Assembly: GCA_050230475.1 (NCBI GenBank)
Contig: JBFLGF010000216.1
Location: 1-64,000, forward strand
Source of the DNA: Ancylonema sp.
Lineage: Eukaryota
DNA length: 64,000 nucleotides
Reading direction: 5' to 3'
Below are positions 1-12,808 of the stretch, in pieces (position 1 is the stretch's first letter; the number at the start of each line of letters is the position of its first letter). The position numbers and the translations under genes were made by a program. Below the pieces are notes generated by a model. That model did no database searches, had not been told where the DNA came from, and saw nothing but the letters and a program-made list of their open reading frames with translations.

Positions 1-120
1 CGGGGAGGGCTGGAAACTGGCAGAAAAGAAAAGAGAAAAAGAAAGAGAAAAAGGGAGACAAAGAGAGAAAAAGAGAGAAAAAAAGGGAGACAAAGAGAGA
101 GAGAGAGAGAGAGAGGGAGG
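1..120. repeat. Purine-rich (GA)n / GAAAA low-complexity tract inside an SMC1 intron
   Basis: Direct reading: aaagagagaaaaaaaagggagaca units followed by an (AG)n run. Confidence 0.8.
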
Positions 121-349
121 GTGTCGTTAGGAGAGAGGAATTGTTGGACTGGAATTATACCATCAAGGTCTAGTGGACCATTTTGTGCTTGCAGAGAAGG
201 AACGATAATCTGAAAGCTATCAGAATCCGAAAATGACACAGCCTGGCACAGATTTCATACCGCAGTTTGTTCGAGTGAGTGACGTGGCCATACAGACCTT
301 CCAGCGTACCTCAATCACTGCTTGCTGCCATACGCCAGCTGTACCGTAC

Positions 350-3300
350 CTGTGGATAGCGAACAGAAGTGCCAGCGCAGCGACCGTCTTCTCCCCTCCC
401 GACAGCTGCTCCATGTCACGGAACCGTTTGGTGGGGGGCATGGCATTGAAACGGATGCCTCCCAGGAAAGGCTCGTCGTCGTTCTCCAGGCTCAGGTAGG
501 CTGTTCCGCCAATGGGGTGGGTCTGGCTCTGAGTCAGCTCCTTGTAGATCACGTTGATGCTCTCGGACACGTGCTGGAAGGCGGTGGTGAAACGGGAATA
601 CCTGGTGGCCACACAGGGGTTGGTAGATACAGAAGTTGTTATATACAGGGGTTGTTATGTACAGGGGTTGTTATATACAGGGGTCGTTATATACAGGGGT
701 TGTTATGTGCAGGGGTACTTATATATAGGGGTTAATATGTACAGGGGTTGTTATATACAGGGGTTGTTATATACAGGGGTTGTTATGTACAGGGGTTGTT
801 ATATAAAGAAGTTGTTGTATAGAGGAGTTGGAATATACGAGGGTTGTTATATACAGGGGTTTGGACGTCTCAAGTGGGGTGCGGGGTTGTGTTGTGCTTG
901 ATGGATGGAATGGTTGTATCAGAATAAACTGCTGTGGGTATTGGGGGATAGTTGGTAGGTATGTTTTTAGATAGAAAAACAATGCGTGCAAACCTGAAGC
1001 TCCTGAACTGGAAGACTGTTATTTGGGGCACCTGCAAAGGTGTTGGAAGTATGCGTGATGTCTGTGCTTCAGGGAGAAAATAGCACATATAGCATGAAAG
1101 CAGCATGAAAATAGCATGAAAATATAGCATGAATAGCACGTGAACCGGGAGGCAGTGAACATCACCACCCTGCTTACCTCTCCTGCTTGACCGCCAGAAA
1201 CTTGTCTGTGATTTGTTTTGCCTCCCGCTGAGTGGCCTCCATCTCCTGAATGGCCTCCCGTTCCTTCTCACGGATCGTCTCATACTGATCGAGCGCCTTC
1301 AGGTTGGGAGCGGTTCGCACGATTTCTGTGCCCAGGGCCTCCATCTTGGACCTGAAATCTGCTTCCAGGGTTTCCTGCGCGCCCTCGTCCATGTCCTGGA
1401 CACCCCAACAGCCCCCAAGGAAGGACCAAATACATAAGGAAGCGGAGGCACAGGGTGGATTGGGAGACTGGGACACGGATCCCCAACCCTGGACGTTCTT
1501 TTGCTTGTTGAAGACATCAGCGAATGCAAGCTGGGATTGCTTCGAAGGGTGATGGGGAGGGAGTACAAACGATGTAGAGGTAAGTGCGAGGGTTGGTTTT
1601 GTACCCTTTTGTAGGTTTGTTTCAGTTCGGAGTAGTCGAATGCGGCCCCCCGCCCCACGGGTCCGCCCGAATCGATCTCCATGGGCACCGACTCTCCTTG
1701 AGCGAAGTGGAGGCGGATCTCCTCCAACTCGCACTCCTCCAACACGGTGATCTGGCGACTCTTCAGAGATTCGAGCTGAGTTTCCTGCAAGAAAAAACAG
1801 GTGGGATTCGGACCCTCATTTTTTTTTTTTAATAATATAAATATATATATAATTTTTATGTCACCTCTGGAAGCAGAGAATTGGAGAAGCGGCCATGAAA
1901 GAAGGAGACGATTGAAATGTGAGGAGAAAGTATGTTGGGTTGAATCGTCTCGGGTCAAGCTTGCAGTGCGAGGTGATTGCCAGTTGGTGGACGGAAGGGG
2001 GAGGTTGCGCTGTAGGTGTCTTACTGCATGTGCTATGTCTCGTTTCAGTTTGGTGACGCGAGTCGTGAACTCGCTGGCTTCGCTCTTGATTGCGATGATT
2101 TGACGCTCCACCGCCTCCACCTGACCCTTGCACTCTGAAGACATAGGAAAGGAGAGGAAACGATGAAGGTTGATTTTCTGACACACGGCGGATGTCTGAG
2201 AATGGTCCAGTAGCCATGTAAGAGTAAAGGACTGCCAATCGCCTGTCGGGAGTTCACAACAAGTGTTTCAAATCTGTTTATTTTTTCATCTGTTTCGAGG
2301 CATGTCATATGAGTTTCCAGAAAGCACTTGTCCCATTCGTTTTCTGATTCACAACAGGTTTATGTCGATGGACATGCACAATGCCGAGTACAAGCCAAAA
2401 CGACTTACCTACCGAACACAATTAATGCTCGTTGAGAACAAGAGAACTATGAGAGAGCACGAAGGTCATTTCCACCATCCAACCAACAAAGACCAAGTGC
2501 CACTCCCTCAACAAGTCCCCCTCTGCCCTCCTCACCATTCTTCTCCTCATTCAGTGTGTCAATCGCCTCCTGCGCAGCCTCCATCACCGCCTTCACCTGG
2601 GCCGCACCCTCCTTGAGGGCCTCCAGCTCCTCGTCCAGATCCTTGAGCTGCTTCTCGGTGCGAGCCACAGGGGCGGTTGTGTCATGGCTGTTCTCAAACT
2701 GAAGTCTGAAAGAAAACGAACCAGTGACTCCATATCAGATACATATCGTATAAACCCAAAGATTCATCCTAAGACACTGACGTTTTGCCGCGTATTATCG
2801 ATCAATGGTCGTCCCGGTGGTGCATCCATGTACATCAAAACAGAAGAAAGGTGATTACTTCTGTTTTTACGGCAACTGTATATCTTGTCAATAAAGCAAG
2901 GATGTCAGCAGGGCATTGGTAGCAAAGAAGCACATGGAGTCACAGACTAGACACAATCGTCGTTTTCAAAAGCATCCCGGACCAGTTTCTTGGGAACGGA
3001 AACCGTACTGGTTCTCCAACTTGGCCTTGGTGGAGCTGAGATCCAATTTCCTCTTTGCCATCTGCTCCTGCTGCGACAGACGCTTCTCCTCGTACTCCTG
3101 AATGTTCTCCACGCCTACCGCCTTGCTGAAAGCGCTGAAGATGCGGTCCTCGATGCTTTTGATCTCCGCGTCCAGCCGCGTCATGCTCTCCGAACGGGTT
3201 GCGTCGGCCTCACGCATCTGATACCCCCAGATTTCACGGGTTACTACTGGGGAGACCGAGTCAATGACAGTGCTATAACACCGTGGAGGTGCAGGCTTTC

Positions 3301-6300
3301 ACAGCTAAAAACACAATACAGCCACTGGGGGTAGGCGTTCACGGATGTCGCTGAGTTGAAGTCGTTCTGATGCCAGATTAAACACGGTTGATGACAACAT
3401 CCTTCTAGCACGAAGTTGACAAGGACAAGGAAAAAAAAAAAAATCCAGCAATCATCAAGGGGGCTACTCGGTATGATGATCAACTCAAACCTCACCCTCG
3501 AGTAGACTATTGCAGGTGGCCATCTCCTTGAGACAGGGGAGTGGTTCGAACTCGGTGAGAAAAAAGGTTTGGCGTGTCTCACCTCCTGCAGCCTTGGCAC
3601 CTCTGTGGCTTTTCGTGCCTGGATTGTCTCCAGTTCTGCCTTCGCGGAATTGATTGTCCCGGATGCCACTTTCTGCCAAAAGCACAATGTTTCCAGGCGT
3701 CAGCAGGACATGGACCTGGCGAAATAATATTCTGGCTTAATTGGCATCTAGTCGATGGAATATGAATACTTTAGTTGTACAACTCTGGCAGGCAAGAGAC
3801 CTGTGGTATTAACCGTCCCAACGGGTGGCAATCGACTGATATCAGACAATGACCATATACATGTCACATACATCATCATAAGATTTGCACAAGACAAGTT
3901 ATGTACACTGCACAAGAAGCAAACCCGATATGCACAGACTGCAACACATATGACGTGGCTTTTGTACTAAGGAGGCCATACCAGCTGAGTCTGGCAGTAC
4001 ATGATAAGACGGTCAAAGTTTGCCATCTTCTCCTTGGTCTGCTGATCAAGCACGACAAGATTGGAGGCTGGTGGAATGCTGGCAATGTCTTGAATCAGCT
4101 TGTCCCTCTGCTCCTTGAGTGCTGCAATCATACGAAGGCATGCTGTGTCACTTATAGGTGTATCATGGCAATATTTGGTGCAAGACCAAGGAGATTGAAA
4201 GAGACTACAGACAGACAGAGGGGAAGGGATCATCACGGAACCAAGACACTGGAGCTTAGAAACAAGAAGGGTATGGAGGCGAGTAGTTTCTGTCCTCACA
4301 TTCAATGGCTCGATTGTCCCACCGGCTTGACTTCTGCTCCATGTTTGAGCTCATCCCTCCTGTCATTGTACCGGCTTTCCCGAGCAGGGTGCCGTCCAAG
4401 GCAATCACTGGAGGGGGGAGCAGGGGAGGAGTGTGTAGAGTAAATAACACAACAGAACAAGCATTCACCTTGAAAATTTGCTCTTTTGACAGCGACGAGG
4501 AAATCCACTGGTGCTATGGCAGATGAAGCCCCTTACCCCAAAGAGAATTTAGCCAAGGTGAGGGAGTGTCGGGCAACAAAAGATATGCAGCCTTTGTGAT
4601 GGAAATGGACATACATGGACATGGACATATATTATCGTGTATGGTTGTCGTTGAAAAGTAAAGACACGCAGTCTCTTACCTTTTTGGCGCTCCGCTCCCC
4701 ATGCCAGGGCTTTCGCTTCCTCCACCGAGTCACAGACCAAGGTGTTGCCCAGAGCATACAGCATGGCTGTTTCATACCGCTGCTCATATGTTCTGCGAAG
4801 TCAAGGAAATCAGCTAGGCAGCAAATGTATGGTTACTTGTCTAGCCATCAGAAGCGATTGTCACTGAAGCAACAGTGTCATAACCAGAACACAGTCCCAG
4901 AACAGTCAAGCTGGAAATAGCCTTCCGAGGATTGTCAAGTACCCAATAAGTGATCCTGTCAAATCGCAGCGACACAAAATGGAGGGATAACATGGTTTCA
5001 GGAATCCAATCAAGCAATCAGTCAATCCAGTCAAGCATTCACATTATAACATAGGATTGGATATTCTATGACATCAATCAGGAGCTTCGACGTTCCACCC
5101 AGCGCCCTGAGCCTCTCTTGGATAGGTTTCACTCGAGCTGTCAGAAGCGGGATGAAGGTTACTGGCGGCTGCCTTTGCTCCCTCAGAAACTGCATCAGCA
5201 AATCATACCAAAAAAACGTCTGAGATGACCGGCTTGAAAACTGAAGTGGCCTAATTTACTCTACTCGCGCTGTATCAAACGCCATGTTAAACATTCAGCC
5301 TTCACCAGCCAGCCATTTCCAGAAAGTAAATGATTTGTAAATATAAATGATTTCCATCACTCTGTACGACTATGAAACGGCAGTTTTTCTCCTGACTGCA
5401 ATATACAAACAAAGCCGGATTCATGTTACTGACCTCGATGCACTCTTTGGCCACTTTCTCATCGTCCACAACGACGGCGTCGAAATTATTTGCCATGACT
5501 ATCGACACTGCCGGGTAATACTTTTTCTCCCTCGGTTTGCACAGCTCCGACATCCGACCATGGACACCAGGGAAAAGCTTCTTGAGATTTGCCAGAGTCT
5601 CTGCAAACTTAGTATCCCGTTCACTCTCTCGGCGGTCAGCCTTCAGGTCCTTCAACTGCTTCTCAATGCTTTCCAACTTTGTCGCAAACGTCTCCTTCTT
5701 GAGACTGTAAAAAGCCCAAAAAATCGATGACAAGGCTCATCATCTGGAAGACAACAATCTAGCAACATTCTGAACTACCATGAAGGGCACAAAAGATTAT
5801 AGTATTTCAGAGGCGACAACGACACACAATAGTTTCTACTGACTTTTTGTTGTCATCACAAACGGCAGCACAAAAGTAGTTTCTGCTTCGTGTCAGTCAG
5901 GGGTCAGAAAATTGGCACACGTGAAAGTCTGCCCTGCCACACGATACTTCAGTCTTGCACTTGAGACAAACCAACGAAGTTGGCGCAGAGCCTGAAACAC
6001 TGCGATTTCCTGGGATCCGTTTGACCGTAAGAAGTCACGTTAATTACAATGGAGGATATCTTCTGGAGGACTAGAAGCCGTTTGTCCACCTGAACCTTTG
6101 TTCCACCTCTCTGATTAGTCATTACAATCAGTCACAAAAGACACCCAGGATTCTTACTTGGCCCGTCGATGAGTCTCCTTTGTTTTCTCTGCTTCCTTCA
6201 TTGCTGCCGCTCTTTCTTGCTTGTGATGCTCCAGTTCTTTTGTCTTTTCTTGCACCAGAGCATGCTCCCTTTCCAGCTTGTCCTTAAGTTCCTGCTCCCT

Positions 6301-8549
6301 GGCATCTAGCTGCTGCAACTCCACCTCCACTGCTTTCATGCTTTCAAAGTCTGCCCTCTGTTCTCTGGCAACCACCTCTCTCTCTGATCTGAATTTTGAT
6401 GTCTTGGTACCGGCTTCCTCTTTCCTGTGATATTGAATTTCAAACAAAGATCAGATCAGTGGAGAACAGAGAGGACAGAGAGGACAAAGAGGACAAACAA
6501 TTCTGCAGACTCCATTCGCGATTCAGCATTTGGACGGCCGCAGTTGGAATCCGATTTCAGCCACAGAACAATAATGTTTTCTGAGGACAGCCACACGAAT
6601 ATCAGGTAAAATAATGCACAGCATCGTGAGAGACTGTCACACCCTGCATGATATACATCTAAAAGATTTCATCTTTTGGGGGTTAGAGAACCAACATTTT
6701 CCTGTACTCCCGCATTTGACTCTCTGCCATCTGTAGCTTTTCCCCCCCGTCATGACTCTGCTCGATCAGGGCTTGCAATTGCGCTGTGACATCCTGCAAA
6801 TGCCTTTCAAAAGTCTCGACGTCCTTGGCCTGCTTCTGCTGATCTCCCCTTTTCCTCTCCAGATCTTTCTGCAGATCCTGAATCTTTTTCTGTAGATGCT
6901 TCGTCTCCTCCTTGGATTTTACCTCGTCTGGTCTCTGGTCCACACAGATTTATACCCAGATTGGTTGTTTATCCCAAAGAAAATACAGCAAAAAAGGCAG
7001 TCTCCTTGCATAAAAACATACAGAATGTAAACACTCAGGTATTCAGATTACACTTAAAATACATCAGAAGGTTTGGTGATGCGGCAACTTAGTTCAGGTG
7101 AGAAATGCTTACCCGCTTCTCAATCTTGGCATTCTTCTTGCCCATTTTTTTCTCACAAGAGGCCAGCTGTTTCTTGTGAAGGGCATGCTGTTTCTTCTGC
7201 TCTGCCATCTTTGAGTCAAACTCTTCGGTAAATTTGCTTGCTTCTTGAAGTTCCTCCTGAACTTCAGCAAGCGTGGCCTCTGTCTCTTTGATGCTTTTCT
7301 CGATTGTGAAAAGCTGCCACAGGCTGTGCTGAGCCTTCATCTCTTTCTGCAGAGAGAAATATATTGGATTACGAAACGTGGTGCAGATACAGGTGCAGAT
7401 TAAGGTGCAGGTGCATCACCGCAGAATCTTTGTAACTACTGAGCTGTCAATCACTCCTGTTAACAATTCTAGACTCTGTCTGGAAATCAGCAAAAAAAAA
7501 ACACCATTGACAGAATTGACCTCATAGTCTCAACTACATGCGAACGAGGCTTGAACAACTGCAGATGAGAAAAGTGGGCGTGCAGACGAGGACTTTGAGA
7601 GCGAGCACATCAGGTCGCGGAGAAATAGGCGAGAAATCACCAGTTCTTTCTCCAGCTGAAGATGCCTCTCTGCGTCCTCCTTCTGCTCCTTCTTCTGTTT
7701 CCTTTCCGTGGTCACACTCTTCTTCTTGGTAAAGCTGAAGGCAGCTGCCTCATCGGCTGATTTTTTTTTGGCTTGGAGTTCTTCAAACTCTGTCTTAAGC
7801 TCCTCAGAGCCCGAAATCTGTTCAAAGAGTGTGGTCAACTCCTTGGGATTCTTGGAGGCGATGGACTCGACATCTCCCTGCAATCAGTATATCATAGCAG
7901 ACAAAGAGAGGAGAAAAATAGATTTCCTTCATGTCCCCGAATTCGTGCGGTCACTACTAAGTCGGTGTAGAATCACAAGGTAGATGACTAAAAAGTCAGC
8001 AGCATATCCACCTAGGGACCTCTGGGACCTTGTATAGCGCCTTGTGAGTCTATAAAACCAGCGCAAATAGCAGTCCTTACAGAGTGTAGATTGAATGACT
8101 GCTCAGCTCACCTGGAAAACCAGGAAGTTTCGGGCCTTAGCTAATATGCCCAAGGATTTCATCTTGTTGTTGTATTCGTCCCATGTGACCACTCTGTCAT
8201 CTACTCTGTATTCACTGGCTCCTGCAGCAGTGATTCCTCTCGTCAAGCGCAGCACGTCGCCTGAAGCTGTATGATAGATGAGTTTCACGAAGGCCTTCCG
8301 ACCTTTTTTCTCTCGTTCATTGTCGTCAAAGGCATAGACCAGGTCTTTCAACTGCGAGCCCCTGAGCTGCATTGACTTAACTCCGAGAACAAAACTGATG
8401 GCATCCATGAGGTTTGACTTTCCCGCTCCAGTAGGCCCAATTATGGCTGTGAAGTTCTTAAATGGCCCGATAACCTGTGTGCCCTTATACGACTTAAAAT
8501 TGCTGATCTCAATGCTATCAATACGACCTGGCTGCGGTAAAGCTGGCAT
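350..8549 (-). CDS. SMC1: Structural maintenance of chromosomes protein 1 (cohesin SMC1); 17 exons in window, 3' end (Walker B/D-loop exon) lies beyond position 1
   Basis: ATG at 8549 (MPALPQPGRIDSIEISNFKSYKG...IIGPTGAGKSNLMDAISFVLG...KARNFLVFQGDVESIA), hinge (FPGVHGRMSELC, TFIPL, GNTLVCD, LDGTLLGKAGTMTGG), C-terminal PPTKRFRDMEQLSGGEKTVAALALLFAIH. Exons read by eye: 8112-8549, 7641-7877, 7113-7346, 6696-6934, 6158-6424, 5434-5704, 5065-5189, 4680-4789, 4300-4407, 3982-4121, 3583-3672, 3009-3217, 2536-2705, 2025-2134, 1605-1784, 1178-1395, 350-601. Phases are consistent, about 1132 codons. Confidence 0.96.
613..865. repeat. Intronic minisatellite, ~16-bp unit (ATACAGGGGTTGTTAT), roughly 15 degenerate copies
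   Basis: Tandem units visible directly; they explain the spurious repetitive ORFs 554..901 and 322..735. Confidence 0.9.
4790..5064 (-). other. U12-type AT-AC intron in SMC1 (intron 7, 275 nt)
   Basis: Minus strand: 5' site GA|ATATCCAA, branch box TTTCCTTGAC (4800-4809), 3' end GAAC|ATATGAG. Splicing gives in-frame DVIE-YEQRYETAMLYALGNTLVCD. The nearby GT-AG alternative gives an immediate stop. Confidence 0.88.
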
Positions 8550-8687
8550 CTCGGCAACAGTAAGAGAACCAAACAAAAAGTCAGGAGGAAGTCCACCGCA
8601 GCATGTAGCCCCACACTCTGCTGCTCTATCGCTTTGCGTTCTTGCTGCCCTCCTTGCAAGGCACAATTGGACGTCAATTTGACGTAC

Positions 8688-8719
8688 TTTCCCGCTATTT
8701 TTTTCCTTCGAACCACGTG
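8688..8719. promoter_or_regulatory. Candidate E2F site (TTTCCCGC, 8688-8695) and G-box (CACGTG, 8714-8719) upstream of SMC1
   Basis: Exact consensus matches 140-170 bp upstream of the SMC1 ATG. Function is inferred from cohesin genes being typical E2F targets. Confidence 0.5.
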
Positions 8720-8814
8720 CGGGGTGGACAATTATCGTCGCCTTGACATGTGAACGGGGACCGAGTTTCCGGTTTACGGTGGAGGAGCGAGCACGAAAAA
8801 ACGTCCTGCAGAAG

Positions 8815-9262
8815 TAGTATGCGGGGAGCCCAACGAAACCCTTTGGGCTCTGGGCTCTGCAAGAGCCGAGCCCAAGATCGATGCTCTGGGCTCATTTTGG
8901 GAGCCCGGAGCCCATTGCGGATTCCGGAACCCGGAGCCCAAGATCTAGGCTCGGAGCTTCTGTGGAGCCCGGCTCGGAGCCCAAAATTCACCCAAAAAAA
9001 AAAAAAAAAAAAAAACATCATTTCTCTCCTGATGATCTGGCCGTAGGATCCGTCTGCTTTCCCGTTTTTTTTTCATGAATTTATGAATCATGAGCTCCAA
9101 GCCCGGATCTGAGCCCGGATCCGAGCCCGGATCTTACGCTCCGACATGGGCTCCGACGTTTAGCTCGGAGCCGGAGGAAAAACACCCCTTTGGGCTCCGG
9201 GATCAATGAGCCCGAATCTTGGGCTTATTGGGCTCATTAGGCTCCGGGCTCCCCGCACACTA
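8815..9262. mobile_element. Non-autonomous hAT-like element (MITE, 448 bp) between SMC1 and TAF9
   Basis: 17-bp TIR TAGTATGCGGGGAGCCC / GGGCTCCCCGCACACTA (1 mismatch); perfect 8-bp TSD TGCAGAAG (8807-8814, 9263-9270); dense subterminal GAGCCC/GGGCTC motifs. Confidence 0.9.
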
Positions 9263-9606
9263 TGCAGAAGACGTTTTGCAATTTTATGCCGGTTATTGCC
9301 AGGTTTCTCGATTGCCGTCAACTGCCTGACATTGAGCTTCACGAACGCTGTTAGGGCAACTGCAGGCTGTACAGGGTTTAAGCCTGGTTTCGTCGTACTC
9401 CGCTGGATGACGCCCGTTCTGATTTGGAACCGGGTTATTTCTGCTCGGAGGAAGCTGGAGGGGAGATAATTGTGTAGTTGGTAGCATCTTCGTACAGGTT
9501 TTTTGGTTGATTACCAGGGTCTTCGAAATCATACCCAGCCGCATTGCTCCCCCTTCTTGAAGCTCGATAATGTGGATAGTAGTTTAGTGGCTTCATTAGC
9601 GCTGTC

Positions 9607-11227
9607 ATGGTGGAGGTTGAAAGGCAACATTTGGGGCAAGGCCCTCGAGGTAATTTAGGTGTCAAGCGAGAAGCTACAAATGGGAAGTTTGATGGTGGGA
9701 CGACGGAAATGCCCAGGGATGGGAAAGCAGTGATGAAAATTCTGGAGTCCATGGGGGTTGAGCAGTACGAGCCTCGGGTAGTGCATCAGGTGTGCTGAAT
9801 CTCAGAGCTGAGATCTTCGTCCTATCTATCTGTTCGGTTTGAAACGGGGGGGCGACTTCATATTTTAAAATCCATCCTTTCGTTCTCGTTCTCTATCAAC
9901 ACATCTGGAGCCCTACGCTGTGTCGAGGTCAGCGGCTGGCAGTGCGTTTTGAGCGAAGATGTCATGTACTCCTGTATATGAAACGAGACCGACGGGCAGC
10001 AATTGCATATTTCGGGGAAAACTGTAGCAGTATATTTGAAGGAGTCAGTTGAAGCTGAAGCTAAGACTTTGCATGTGGATACATAACTATCTGTTCAACT
10101 ATGCAATACCTGGACGGTGAAGTCGGTGCGTAAAGCACTTGGTAGCAAATGTCGTCTAATCACAGTGTGTAGGACCGCAATATCGTCTTGTTGCTGTGCG
10201 AAGGGGTTCGACGATGATGTTGTTTACTGGTGTTACAAAATTGACCTCGTTTAGTCAAAAGTCGGGAACTGTTTTTTTCAATTTTATAAGCTTTTAACGA
10301 ACCATTGCCCCGTATTGCTTTTCTGCTGCACCTGGGCCTCAAACAGTGCATTAAAAATAATGATGATCTTTAGCCAGTGCGTATGTTCTTGTCGGCTGCA
10401 GCTGCTGGAGTTCCTCCAGCGTTACATCACTGACGTCCTGACAGAGGCTCGCGTGTCCTCTGAGCATGCCTCCAAAACTGCGGTCGACCTGGATGATGTC
10501 AGACTGGCAGTGCAAGCCAAAGTTAATTTTTCCTTCACACAACCACCGCCAAGGGAGGTAGGTGCAAGAGGCCCCTCAGCAGGCACGTGAAGTAGTAACT
10601 TCATCTGTCCTACGCACCTTTCGCAGCATGCTTTTCGTCATTATATTTGTGTATCTGTCCGTGTACGGAAGTCCAAGTGTTTTGTTCGAGTTTCCCATAG
10701 GCTTTTGTTTGAAATATTGCAGAGATGGATCAACGCAGCCTGTACCTGTCAATCAGAGCATATTATGCAGATGAGCAACGTCTTAAACTTTTATATTTTC
10801 CTACTCCTGTCTTGCTGGACACCTAGTCTCTTCCTGCGTCTGCTTTTGCTTACTCGGTACTGGCTGGCCGTTGATTAGTGGAGTGAGTTCCCCTTCGGAC
10901 ATAGCAACTCTTCTATCTCAAATTACTTCTCCTATCAAGAAGTGTTCAACGATATCAGTCTCACCCGACTCTCCTGTGCAGGTCCTGATGGACTTGGCCA
11001 GCGTGCGCAACAGCATTCCTCGTCCCCCTCTTAGAGACACTCCCGGTATCAGTCTGCCGCCAGAGGCAGAGACTCTTTTGCAGCCCAATTACCAGATTAG
11101 TCTAAGGGCGAATGGCTACGGCGCAAACGGTGAGGGGACTGAGAATGGGTCACAGATCAGGTCCGGGGTGAGAAAGGTATTGGGAAGGGTGGTGGAGAAG
11201 ATTGTTTCCCCTGCTTGCATTCTCTAG
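9607..11227 (+). CDS. TAF9: Transcription initiation factor TFIID subunit 9
   Basis: Exons 9607-9789 ([27 protein letters not shown]), 10402-10557 ([13 protein letters not shown]...[22 protein letters not shown]), 10982-~11177/11227 ([16 protein letters not shown]...[18 protein letters not shown]). GT-AG introns. Start (9607 vs 9709) and the 3' end (possible further small exons to ~11580) are uncertain. Confidence 0.92.
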
Positions 11228-11238
11228 GCCGGGGTAAA

Positions 11239-11312
11239 GCAATGTTGTGCTCATGGCAGAATGTTGCGCTCATGCGCAATGTTGCGCTCATGCGCAATGT
11301 TGCGTTCATGCG
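11239..11312. repeat. 18-bp tandem repeat (GCAATGTTGCGCTCATGC) x4
   Basis: Direct reading. Confidence 0.85.
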
Positions 11313-12119
11313 CTCAGGGGCAGAACTGTGAGGCGGACATGAAGGGAATAGAGGGAGAGTTCAGCATGTGTTCGTTTGTGGTGCAAGAATTGTGGCGTGT
11401 GGGGCTTGGTGCTTGTGGCTAGAGTGTTTTGACACAATGTGTATGGCATCTATTAATGGAGTGCAGGTGCACCATCTCCCCTGATAGGTGAAGGTCTGAT
11501 TCTGATTGGTTGATCCGGTTGCTTGGGGTAGGCGAACCAAAAGCAAAGCGAGCGGAAGAAGGTGATGGAAGTTGAAATGAAGGGTGGAAGAGGAAGTGAG
11601 AGACAATGGAGTAGTATGCACGTCAATGGAGCAAGCTTCCGGTGGTATGAGGCGTCACAAAGTACAGGCTTGTGCCATCCACTCGATTTAAGTGCTCTTT
11701 CGTCGAGAATGGAACGGTGGGTGAAAGGATGCGCATGTAAGAGGACCCGAGGTCAAAAGTTTCTTCTACGATTCCTTTGAAGAGGCACTCGTTGTAGATA
11801 GTCAGTAAAATCAAAGGCTGCTTATGACTCTGAGAAGAGGATTATATTTTATTCACGTTCACAACAAATCAAGTGTCCTCTAGAAACCGTTGAAGTTTTT
11901 GTAAATATTACATTGTGTACGCAATGTACATCAGCCATGATAGAATAGTTGACAAAACATGTGAGTGGAAAGAGATGATAATGTTGGAGGGGTTGAACCT
12001 AAATTTAGAGTTGCTAAATTGTTCATAACGTGGCCCCATTAAGAAAAAACATTGGTTCATTCTGCCGAGGTGCATATCTATGTGTTTCTACAAATTATCA
12101 AGCACTCATATCTATATAG

Positions 12120-12808
12120 AAATATACTCATTTATGTATGTACGAATTTACGTATGTATGTTTGTATGCATGTATAAATGAATGTATGTATGCATATACG
12201 CATGCATGCATGCATGCATTGATACATAGATACATTAGTGCATGCATGCATACATACAACATACTTTTCATACCAACAGACATACATGATACATGCAATC
12301 TTACATACCTACACACATACGTATATACATACATAAAGATCCATACATACTTATATACATAAATTAGTACATATTCGTTTAAATACACACATATTTATTA
12401 CATACATACATACAATGACATACATATACGTGCATACATACGTGCATCCCATACATACATACACACGTACGTACGTACATACGTACATAGATACACATAT
12501 ACAAACAGACATACATACATGCATACATGCATACATACATGCATACAAATACACTCATACACCCTTTGCATATATACATAGTTGCATGCCTTTGTACATA
12601 CATATATATTTGTACATACGTACATACATTCACGCGCGTATACGTAGATACGTACATACGTACATGCACACATGCATTCACGGATACATACATGCATACA
12701 TACATACTTAGGTACATAAACATATTAAAACATATATGCTTGTGTTCATTCGTATGTACGTACATACGTACATGCATTTACGCATACATCCATACATACA
12801 GACAAATA
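12120..12808. repeat. Degenerate (TACA)n/(TATG)n microsatellite, continuing at 19406-19600 on the other side of the copia insertion
   Basis: Direct reading; source of the many spurious MYVC/HTY ORFs. Confidence 0.9.

Noticed and set aside
613..865. CRISPR-like or coding repeat (ORF 554..901)
   Set aside because: Head-to-tail minisatellite without spacers, inside an SMC1 intron
8550..8666. 39-aa N-terminal extension of SMC1 in the ORF track
   Set aside because: Starts at a non-ATG codon; SMC1 homology begins at the ATG at 8549
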